Of a stretch of DNA of 64,000 bases, positions 49,218 through 57,211 are shown one piece after another (the first letter of the stretch is position 1; each line of letters opens with the position of its first letter). The DNA comes from Alphaproteobacteria bacterium (GTDB lineage Bacteria; Pseudomonadota; Alphaproteobacteria; UBA7887), in the NCBI GenBank assembly GCA_965216755.1, contig CBDCGL010000011.1, positions 672,001-736,000 on the forward strand. The letters run 5' to 3'. The notes beneath the pieces were generated by a model. The model was not told where the DNA came from. It saw only the letters and a program-made list of their open reading frames with translations, and did no database searches. The position numbers were made by a program, and so were the translations under genes.

Positions 49218-49371
49218 CGTGCAAATGCGATGAATTGTCATGCAAAGTGCATAATCCCATGATAGCATCGCTAATAATGTCCGCGCTATTAGTGAAAACG
49301 ATGACGGCCGCGCAAGCGATTTATTTTGGGATATTGGGGCCAATTCATCAACGATGACATCGGAGGGAAGA

Positions 49372-49899
49372 GTGCACACACCGTTGAGATTGATCGCTGC
49401 CGCGACAACACTGTTCATCGCGGGAACCCTGAGCCAGCACGCGTTCGCGCAGGCAAGCGCGACCGAATCGGCCGATGCGACTGCCAACGTCATTGCGCCG
49501 ATCGGTCTATCGCATATTGGCGACTTGGGTTTCGCGGATTTCATAGTTACAGGAGCTGGGACAGTTGTGGTTGACGCCTCGGCGTCGCGGTCGGCCACCG
49601 GATCTGTGACTTTGGCCGGCGGGACACCAACCGTGCCAACTTACACCGTCACCGGTGAAAGCGGTCGAACGTACCAAGTTGATTTGCCGGCAGACAGCGC
49701 CCATTCGGTCACGAACGGCGTCGATACGATCGATCTCATCAGTTTTGTCGACAGTTTCGGTGGTACAGATGCCGCGCCGCTTGGGGGCACGATTGGCACC
49801 TCTGACGTATTCACTGTCGGCGCGACCCTAAACATCCTCGGTGCCGTATCGTCGGGGCCGTATTCGGGATCTTTCGACGTTATCGTCGCATACAACTAG
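49372..49899 (+). CDS. DUF4402-like pilin subunit 4
   Basis: GGAGG RBS; signal ending AFA; ATANVIAPIGL...LGFA...GTVVV; VGATLNI...GPYSGSFDVIVAYN. Confidence 0.88.
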   Translation: MHTPLRLIAAATTLFIAGTLSQHAFAQASATESADATANVIAPIGLSHIGDLGFADFIVTGAGTVVVDASASRSATGSVTLAGGTPTVPTYTVTGESGRTYQVDLPADSAHSVTNGVDTIDLISFVDSFGGTDAAPLGGTIGTSDVFTVGATLNILGAVSSGPYSGSFDVIVAYN

Positions 49900-49973
49900 T
49901 CGAACGCTAATGCTGTTCGCGGCGGATTATTGCGCGCAGTATCTCACCGCTATTTGCTGAATTCTGGCAACAC

Positions 49974-50825
49974 GTGAATTTTCATCACCTCAGCGGACTT
50001 CGTGTTTGGCTTTGTTTGCTTCACGTCTTTGTGGGCAGCGGAGCGAACCTCGCGTACGCCCAAGGCATCGGCAACGTCAGTGTCAATCCGACGCGGGTCG
50101 TGCTGGAAGGGCGTGCGCGGAGCGGTGAGGCGACTGTATACAATCGCGGTAATGAGCCGGCCACCTATCGGATATTCTTTCGTGAGATGGCCATGACCGC
50201 CGAGGGTGGTTTGCAGACCTTGGAAGAGGTGCCAGCGAATTACCCTTCGGCCTCGTCGATCATTCGCTACTCACCGCGCCAAGTGACACTTGGGCCTGGC
50301 GAAAGCCAAACCATACGATTGCTCGCGCGTAAACCGGCGGATTTGCCGCCCGGCGAGTATCGTTCGCATTTGGTCGTGCAGGCTGTGCCCCCACCCGATG
50401 CAGGGCAAACCATCGAATCGTTGGCGCTGGAGGAAAACCAAATTCAGATCCAACTGATTCCGGTGTTCGGGATCTCGATACCGATCATCGTCCGCCACGG
50501 CGAATTGGCTGCAACCGCTGCCTTGTCCGACCTGGCGATCGAAAACACGGCGAACGGCCCGCAGCTCAACTTGCGCATTCAACGCGACGGCAACAAATCC
50601 CTCTATGGCGATATCGCGGTGACCTACACCAACAGTGGCTCAAGCGAATTTCAGGTCGGTCTGATTCGCGGCGTCGGTGTCTACACGACAACCGACAGCC
50701 GAAACGTTCGTCTATCATTGCAGACGCCGAGCGGTGTATCCCTAGCTGCTGGCGGAAAAATCAGCGTCACGTATCAAACTGACAACGGGCAGCTTCTCGC
50801 TCAGGCGAGTCTTGCTCTGCGCTAA
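49974..50825 (+). CDS. Periplasmic fimbrial chaperone (PapD-like fold)
   Basis: VSVNPTRVVL, YSPRQVTLGPGESQTIRL, GEYRSHL, ISIPIIVR, GNKSLYG. Confidence 0.88.
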   Translation: MNFHHLSGLRVWLCLLHVFVGSGANLAYAQGIGNVSVNPTRVVLEGRARSGEATVYNRGNEPATYRIFFREMAMTAEGGLQTLEEVPANYPSASSIIRYSPRQVTLGPGESQTIRLLARKPADLPPGEYRSHLVVQAVPPPDAGQTIESLALEENQIQIQLIPVFGISIPIIVRHGELAATAALSDLAIENTANGPQLNLRIQRDGNKSLYGDIAVTYTNSGSSEFQVGLIRGVGVYTTTDSRNVRLSLQTPSGVSLAAGGKISVTYQTDNGQLLAQASLALR

Positions 50826-50834
50826 GGCGACGAC

Positions 50835-53800
50835 GTGAATCGGCCCGCGCCCTTTTGGCGAGTCGCCAATTGGGCAACGGCGATTCTGATTCTGTTGAAC
50901 GCTCTTCCGCAGTTGGTCATGCCGGCTGACAGCGCTTTGGCGGCGTTGTCACCGCAACGGCCAGACGACGAGAGCTTGCTCATATTTGAGATCCATCTGC
51001 GGCCGTATTTGTTGAGCGACGGCGTGTTCGCCTATCCGGCAGCGGACGACGTCCTGTTGCCACTCGAGACGCTGTCGTTCTTGTTCGAGTTCCCAATTAC
51101 CATCGACCTGGCGAAGGGACGCGCTGAAGGCTGGTTCCTCAGCGAGGATCGAACGTTCTTGCTCGACCTCGTGGCAGAACAGGTGCTGATTGCGGGCGCG
51201 GCGGCCCGCTTCGAGCCTGATCTTGTCGCTTGGTACGACGACGATATCTACGTGGCGGCGCGATTGTTCACCGAGTGGTTTCCGATAGATCTTGTTGTGC
51301 AGGCCGCGCGCCTGGTCATCGACGTGGAACCCAGAACGCCACTTCCGTTGCAGGAACGTATGGGGCGCGAACAGCGCGCCGCACGTTTGGCCTCGGCCTC
51401 CGAAGCGCCAAAACTACCACGCCGCGAAACGCCATACCGCGCCCTCGATTGGCCTTATATCGATGCCTCCTTGCGGACCGGCTACGATACGGTGCGCGCC
51501 GACACGGGCTGGGGCTTCGAAGGCAGTTATGGGTTTCGTTTAGCCGGTGATCTCGCCTACATGACGGCGGACAGTTTCTTTGGCGGCAATCAAGATGATC
51601 GCCTGTCCCAGGCGCGGTTGACCCTGGGGCGCCGTGATCCTGACGCAGATCTTCTTGGTCCTGTCGGCGCAACACAATTCAGTCTCGCCGACGTGTTCAC
51701 GCCCCAGCATCCATTGATCGCGCGTCAAACCGAAGGGCGCGGGGTGAGCGTGTCGAATATGCCGCTGACCCGCGCAAGCGAATTCGACCGCACGACGTTG
51801 CGCGGCCCGCTTTTGCCAGGCTGGGAAGTTGAGCTCTACAGAAATGACGCGTTGATCGCGTTTCAGCGGGCCGGCGACGATGGCCGCTATGAGTTCCAAG
51901 ACGTGCCGCTTATCTTCGGCAACAATCGATTGACTCTCAGATTCTATGGGCCCCAAGGCCAACGCCGCGAAGAAACGGAATCACTGGTTATCGGTGCGGA
52001 CATGGTGCCGCGTGGAGATCACCGTTACGCGGTTGCCGTCAATCAGCAAGACGAAGCCACACTGCCGTTTGGCGATGAACCACGTCGTGCCGGGCAACCA
52101 GACGCGAGCCGAGGTCAGGCGCGCGCGGTCGCCATTTATGAAGCCGGCGTTCACGAGCGCGCGTCCGTCGGCGCCGCAGTGGCGAGTTACGTTCTTGACG
52201 ATGGCCGGCATACCTACCTGACAACAGGTGTTCGCGGGACGGTTTTTGGCAGTTTCGTTCGCGCCGACATTGCGCGAGATTCAAAGGGTGGTACAGCCGC
52301 GCAGCTGGCTATGCAAACGAGAATTGCCAATCAAAGCCTCGCCGCCGAGCATGCCCAGTTCTTCGATTTCATAAGTGAGCGTGAGACGCAAACCGGCGAC
52401 CTCTTGCGCAGTGAAAGTGCCCTGCGCCTGAACGGGACTTTGCCGCGGTTTGGCGGATGGCAAATTCCGTATGCCTTGCGTCTTGGTGTCGAGCGTCGCG
52501 AGTCGGGGCTCACAGAGTTCGACGTGTCAAACCGCCTGTCCGTTCATATCCGCGCGTTGTCGTCGTCAAACCAACTGAATGCCCGCGCCAGGCGCGGTGG
52601 CGGTGTGGCGAGCACCGAAACCCTCGATGGCTCATGGTTAATCAGCTATCGCATGAAAAGTGTATCGATGCGCGGCGAACTCAGTTATCGCGTGCATCCG
52701 TCGCCGGATTTTTTGTCGGTCGCATTGACCGGTGACTATCGGATCGAGCCGGATATCACGGCACGGGCCGGCATCACGCGACAATTGTCGAACGACCGCC
52801 ACACGACTATTACCGCGGGACTGTCTCAGAGATTCGAACATGTGGCGATGGGTCTCGACGGGCGTGTGGCCGACGATGGTGATAAGTTTGTCGGGCTATC
52901 GCTGTCCTTCGCCATGGGGCGCGAACCACGGGGCGGCGGCTTAACCATGCAGCCACGCCATTTCGCCGAGAATGGCGGTGTTTCGGCGCGCGTTTTCCTG
53001 GATCGGGATTTGGATGGGCGTTTCAGCCCTGGCGACGAACCGCTGGAAGGCGTCGCCCTTAAGGGCACCGCAAATGATACGCCGACCACAGACTCCAATG
53101 GCATTCTGATGTTGGTCGGATTGCCAGACGCGCGTCCCACCGATGTGGCCGTCGATATGACCACCTTGGAAGATCCGTATCTGATTCCGCTTGACGACGG
53201 CTGGGAAATCGTGCCGCGCGCGGGCCGCACGGCGGTATTGGATTTCGCCGTCGTCCCAACCGGAGAGATCGACGGTTTTGTCTATTTGCGTTCAAACCAC
53301 AATGCGCAGGTTGCATCGAATGTGAGTTTGGATCTGCTCGACATGAATGGGGCCATCGTCGCCAATACCAGATCTGCTTTCGACGGTTTTTATCTGTTTG
53401 AGTTTGTAAAGCCCGGTTCATATGAAATTCGCGTGGCGCCGGGGCAATTGGATCGCCTCGGTCTGCTTCCGGCACCCGATAAAACCGTCACGATCGGGCC
53501 GGATGGCGATGTAATCAGCGGCGTCGACATATTTCTCGAGCGGGAATTTGAAGACACACGCGAAGCGTCGCTGGCTCCAGCGGGCCAGGCCGCCGATGTC
53601 AAGCCACCATCTACGTCGGAGATCGTCAGTGCTGCGGATCGGGCCGTGCCCGTGGGGACCGACACCTATGTACAATTGGCGGCCTACAGCAATGCACGCG
53701 GCGCCATGGAGGCGTGGCATCGTGTTGTCACTTCGGCTCCCGAGATGTTCAACGGCCTGAGTCCACGCATAGAACCCGCGGAATCGGTAGTTGCAACGGA

Positions 53801-53918
53801 CACACTTTATCGGCTGAGAACCGGTCCTCTGGCTGATCGCGCTGCGGCCGACAATTTCTGCCGGCAATTGCGGATCATCGGTCAGGATTGTTTTCCGGTC
53901 GTTCAGGTCGGCCGCTAA
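50835..53918 (+). CDS. Usher-like outer-membrane protein with Cna-B/SdrD-like domains and a C-terminal SPOR domain
   Basis: GWEVELYRND, YEFQDVPLIFGNN...YGPQGQ; strand-rich barrel; VFLDRDLDGRFSPGDEPLEGV; DGFYLFEFVKPGSY; YVQLAAYS...LYRLRTGP...C...C SPOR. Confidence 0.82.
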   Translation: MNRPAPFWRVANWATAILILLNALPQLVMPADSALAALSPQRPDDESLLIFEIHLRPYLLSDGVFAYPAADDVLLPLETLSFLFEFPITIDLAKGRAEGWFLSEDRTFLLDLVAEQVLIAGAAARFEPDLVAWYDDDIYVAARLFTEWFPIDLVVQAARLVIDVEPRTPLPLQERMGREQRAARLASASEAPKLPRRETPYRALDWPYIDASLRTGYDTVRADTGWGFEGSYGFRLAGDLAYMTADSFFGGNQDDRLSQARLTLGRRDPDADLLGPVGATQFSLADVFTPQHPLIARQTEGRGVSVSNMPLTRASEFDRTTLRGPLLPGWEVELYRNDALIAFQRAGDDGRYEFQDVPLIFGNNRLTLRFYGPQGQRREETESLVIGADMVPRGDHRYAVAVNQQDEATLPFGDEPRRAGQPDASRGQARAVAIYEAGVHERASVGAAVASYVLDDGRHTYLTTGVRGTVFGSFVRADIARDSKGGTAAQLAMQTRIANQSLAAEHAQFFDFISERETQTGDLLRSESALRLNGTLPRFGGWQIPYALRLGVERRESGLTEFDVSNRLSVHIRALSSSNQLNARARRGGGVASTETLDGSWLISYRMKSVSMRGELSYRVHPSPDFLSVALTGDYRIEPDITARAGITRQLSNDRHTTITAGLSQRFEHVAMGLDGRVADDGDKFVGLSLSFAMGREPRGGGLTMQPRHFAENGGVSARVFLDRDLDGRFSPGDEPLEGVALKGTANDTPTTDSNGILMLVGLPDARPTDVAVDMTTLEDPYLIPLDDGWEIVPRAGRTAVLDFAVVPTGEIDGFVYLRSNHNAQVASNVSLDLLDMNGAIVANTRSAFDGFYLFEFVKPGSYEIRVAPGQLDRLGLLPAPDKTVTIGPDGDVISGVDIFLEREFEDTREASLAPAGQAADVKPPSTSEIVSAADRAVPVGTDTYVQLAAYSNARGAMEAWHRVVTSAPEMFNGLSPRIEPAESVVATDTLYRLRTGPLADRAAADNFCRQLRIIGQDCFPVVQVGR

Positions 53919-53940
53919 TGTGCCCATCTGGGTGCGACTA

Positions 53941-54474
53941 TCATTCGTACCCCACCGTCACCTGAAACGTCCCGGTATAGCTACCCGGCATTTGACCGGC
54001 CGTCGTGTTGATCACCGCACCGACCGTAAACGAATCCGTGCCGCCGGAGATGACGCCAAATGCGCCGCCCTTGCTGTCTTCAAAACCATTAACAATCATT
54101 GTCGCGCTCGCATTGGTCGTGTTCTCGACCGAAGCATTGATCGGAAGTTCTATGGAATAGGAACGATCACCGCCAATCACGACAAATGCAGCCGCGCTGA
54201 CGCTGCCACCAAGATGCTGGACGCCGCCAGACGAGTTCGGCGTCCCCGTCGAAGCCAAGATCTTGACTTGGCCAACGCCTGTGACGAAAAAATCCCCGAA
54301 CTGAAGCGGTCCTGTGTTCTGCAAGGTTATGGGTGCCAATATGGTGGCGGAGACATTCGTGGTTACGTCAGCCGCGTCGGCATGCGCGCCGACTAGGCCA
54401 CCACTCAGGATTGCAACAATGGTAACCTCAGCAACTGTGCGATATTTCATGCAAAACGCCATGTGGCAACGCAT
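53941..54474 (-). CDS. DUF4402-like pilin subunit 5 (convergent; start may be 54450)
   Basis: VSATILAPITL...LQFG; FTVGAVINT...GSYTGTFQVTVGYE. Confidence 0.85.
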   Translation of the reverse strand: MRCHMAFCMKYRTVAEVTIVAILSGGLVGAHADAADVTTNVSATILAPITLQNTGPLQFGDFFVTGVGQVKILASTGTPNSSGGVQHLGGSVSAAAFVVIGGDRSYSIELPINASVENTTNASATMIVNGFEDSKGGAFGVISGGTDSFTVGAVINTTAGQMPGSYTGTFQVTVGYE

Positions 54475-54589
54475 ATAGGCCCAGGTTCGTCGAATAGCTG
54501 TTAAGCGAGAAATGGTCTGTTTATGGTCAATTGTTCAGTACCCCTTGGATATCGATAATGGACTGAGACTCGACTTGATAATTACGGTG

Positions 54590-54680
54590 TTACGGTGACA
54601 GTTTACTGCATACACCACAATTTGCGTGTCTATGTTTTGCGCAACAAAATTTTATATATTTACCAAAATGTCACCGCAAT
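54590..54680. mobile_element. MITE/REP-like element, degenerate copy 2
   Basis: TTACGGTGACAGTTTACTGCATACACCA matches the copy-1 left end; right end TGTCACCGCAAT; AT-rich core. Confidence 0.6.
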
Positions 54681-55113
54681 TGGCGAAACGCCGGAGTCAG
54701 GACACGAGCCGAATATTTGGATCTCGTGTGGTTCACGGATCGGACGTTCGCTCTGGTGCTCGATGCAAGATCAAGCGAACGTCCGATCCACCGCACGCGC
54801 GCATCGGGCAAGTCGGCCGACCAATGTGGTCGTCCACATGGATTCCCATTGGGGGACGCCTGCGGGTCGCAAACCCGCAGGGCCGGGCGATTTTGTGACA
54901 ATCGCGACGACGCTGTCCGTAGCCGTATGCCCGATACGGCCTGCGGACATCGACTTGATCTTGTCACAAAGTCGCTCCGACAGAATGGTTCAATATGGTC
55001 GGAAAGTGCTCTAGATCAACCTGCGATCAAACGGAATCGTTTGATCGAAGATAAGTTGACCGATATCAAATAGATAAAGCCTCACACGTGAACGCATGTG
55101 AGCGTGAAAGGCT

Positions 55114-55911
55114 TTAGCGGCGCACCGCCGGCGCCTCGATCGGTAAGCCCGTTGCACGCCAAGCCAGAAACAGTTCAAGATTGACATAATCCGGCGCGCC
55201 AAAGGGGAGGGGTTCGGCGCGGACCCCAGCGTTGCAGAAGCGTAGCCGGCGATGGAGCGAGCCGACGGTCTGCCATTCCAGGCGATAGGACGGGTAGCCG
55301 TTGCCATGACCTTGGCTCAGTCGATCGCCGCGTAGCATCTTATCCCAGTTGTCGTCGTGACAGTGGCTGCATGCCAAATTCAATTGGCCCCGCCGCTGAT
55401 AAAAATAGGTCCGTCCGGCCTCGAAATAGGGTCGAGCCGCGCCATTCACGCCAACATGTATTGGTATCCCATTTGATAGGTACGCAACAAAAGACGTCAG
55501 TTCGAGAAGGTCTTGGGATTCGTAAGGCAGCAATGTTGCTTGCTGGTAACGCTGACGGCAAAGGTTAATGCGCTGCTCTAAATTAACCAGATGTTGTTCT
55601 TGGTCATCGTAGATCGGGTAACGGGCGGCGACACCAGCCAAATCGTCGCCGCCGGTCCCGTGACAATCAGCGCAGGCGATTGCCGCCGATCCTTCGGCGC
55701 GGCGCCACAGATCTTCACCGGCATCAACCCAAAGGAATCCTGGATTGGCGAACGGGTCGTCCTGGAGCGCGCGCGTGTCTGGAGACTGAAACGCATAGCC
55801 GGATTGGAGCGAACCTGGTGAGAGTGGGCGATCGTCCGAGGCGAGGTCGGAAACGCGGATAAAAAGCATCGCGGCGACAACAACAAACGCTGTTATGCGC
55901 GCGGCACTCAT
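55114..55911 (-). CDS. soxA: SoxA-family diheme c cytochrome
   Basis: LQDDPFANPGFLWV, CADCH, RINLC, RRGQLNLACSHCH, YPSYRLEWQ, RLRFC active-site Cys, LELFLAWRATGL. Confidence 0.9.
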   Translation of the reverse strand: MSAARITAFVVVAAMLFIRVSDLASDDRPLSPGSLQSGYAFQSPDTRALQDDPFANPGFLWVDAGEDLWRRAEGSAAIACADCHGTGGDDLAGVAARYPIYDDQEQHLVNLEQRINLCRQRYQQATLLPYESQDLLELTSFVAYLSNGIPIHVGVNGAARPYFEAGRTYFYQRRGQLNLACSHCHDDNWDKMLRGDRLSQGHGNGYPSYRLEWQTVGSLHRRLRFCNAGVRAEPLPFGAPDYVNLELFLAWRATGLPIEAPAVRR

Positions 55912-56228
55912 GCGACCGTGATACGGGCCGTCTCGCGAAAAGTGACACCCTCTTGGTCAGTCCACAGAAATTCCATCGCCCCACTCTCGACCGCGGTCGT
56001 GAAAAACGACAGGAGCGGGTTGGCGGCCACCGCCGGGCGAAACTCCGCCCTGAAAACTTCCATGCCGTTATAAAGGCAGACAAAATCCGTCAGGATGTTG
56101 CGCGGTATCGCCTTGCCGACGGAATCCCGTCGAAAACCTGTTTCCATGGGATGGGCGATCAAGGTCTTGATTTCGATGACCTCGCCAACCTTTGCAGTCT
56201 CTGGAACGGCGATGCGAACCTTGGCCAT
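55908..56228 (-). CDS. soxZ: SoxZ-family carrier partner
   Basis: IKTLIAHPMETGFRRD, IPRNIL, VAANPLLSF, WTD; no signal peptide; ATGA overlap with soxA. Confidence 0.9.
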   Translation of the reverse strand: MAKVRIAVPETAKVGEVIEIKTLIAHPMETGFRRDSVGKAIPRNILTDFVCLYNGMEVFRAEFRPAVAANPLLSFFTTAVESGAMEFLWTDQEGVTFRETARITVA

Positions 56229-56238
56229 GTCCCGCGCC

Positions 56239-56703
56239 CTAGATCAAATCAACGCAGGCCGCGAGGGTCACGATGGTCTTCGCGGAACCCGACCAGAGAG
56301 TCCCATCGCTCATGGCGGCGACAGCGACAATGGACTGAGAATCCGCGAGCCTTATGCGCGTAGTCACCCGCGCTCTGCCGGATCGTGCATTGAGGTAGTA
56401 TCGTGCAACGTCCGGCAACGGGTTTTCTTCGGAGAACACATGGATCGCGCGCACATGGTCTTCTTCGGTCATGGCACATTCGACCTCCACCGACAGCGAG
56501 ACCGAGTTACCATTTTCCGTGATCTCGGGCAGCGTGACGGTAACTTTGCCGTCTCGAATAGGATTGTCGCCAAAAGCGACGCGAATGGCTTCGGCCATCG
56601 ATTGCGGCGTCGCCGCGGCCGGCACCGCGACAAGACTGACCGCCGCGCCGCCGGCACCAAGGACGAACGCTCTGCGTGTCTGAGCTGTATGCAGCGGTGT
56701 CAA
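56239..56703 (-). CDS. soxY: SoxY paralog with atypical C-terminal AACVDLI arm
   Basis: Tat motif TRRAFV, PEITENG, ENPLP, TRIRLADSQ; ends IVTLAACVDLI, not VTIGGCGG. Confidence 0.85.
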   Translation of the reverse strand: MTPLHTAQTRRAFVLGAGGAAVSLVAVPAAATPQSMAEAIRVAFGDNPIRDGKVTVTLPEITENGNSVSLSVEVECAMTEEDHVRAIHVFSEENPLPDVARYYLNARSGRARVTTRIRLADSQSIVAVAAMSDGTLWSGSAKTIVTLAACVDLI

Positions 56704-57185
56704 CGGCTTGAATCCGTGGTTCGTAATGTCTCCAAATAGGCGACCACGTCCTCAATCTCTTGTGCGCTGAGAACGGTCTTGCCGACAAAGGCGCGGCTGA
56801 CCTGGCGCAGGCCTTCAACACGGAAATAGGTTGGCATGACCGTATTGGCATTCAACCGAGTCGAATCGACCAGCCGAAGTCGAAACTGCGCCGCGTTCAA
56901 GCGATCCGCCACCATCGACAAGTCGGGGCCCAAATTGCCCTGAAAAGGCTCATCGATCGATTCCACCACGTGACACAAGAGACAATGTCCGCGATCGCGA
57001 TCAAGGAAAACGATGCGTCCGTTGCGGGCATCACCGATGCGGTCCGTGAGCGCTTCCGGGATACCATCGTCAACAACCTCGTATTCGGGCGGCACGGGCA
57101 TGGCTGTGTCGGCATCTGCAATGGCGGTTGTGATGATCGACGCCACGGCGCCGACTATCCACGCGGCCAAATTGATTGCGGGCAT
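56700..57185 (-). CDS. soxX: SoxX-family monoheme c cytochrome
   Basis: Signal peptide, GDARNGRIVF, CLLCH, GNLGPDL, TVMP, LSAQEIEDVVAYL. Confidence 0.9.
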   Translation of the reverse strand: MPAINLAAWIVGAVASIITTAIADADTAMPVPPEYEVVDDGIPEALTDRIGDARNGRIVFLDRDRGHCLLCHVVESIDEPFQGNLGPDLSMVADRLNAAQFRLRLVDSTRLNANTVMPTYFRVEGLRQVSRAFVGKTVLSAQEIEDVVAYLETLRTTDSSR

Positions 57186-57211
57186 GTACCGCGCCTCACC
57201 GACATGTCGCT

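Noticed and set aside
55056-55069. FNR/FixK-like box TTGAC-CGAT-ATCAA
   Set aside because: One mismatch, downstream of soxA and ~580 nt from the next supported start; may be chance.
54700-55110. Short ORFs between pilin 5 and soxA
   Set aside because: Mutually overlapping frames with no motif or RBS support.
55114-57185. Canonical thiosulfate-oxidising Sox pathway
   Set aside because: No soxB/C/D in the window and SoxY lacks GGCGG, so lithotrophy cannot be inferred from this locus.
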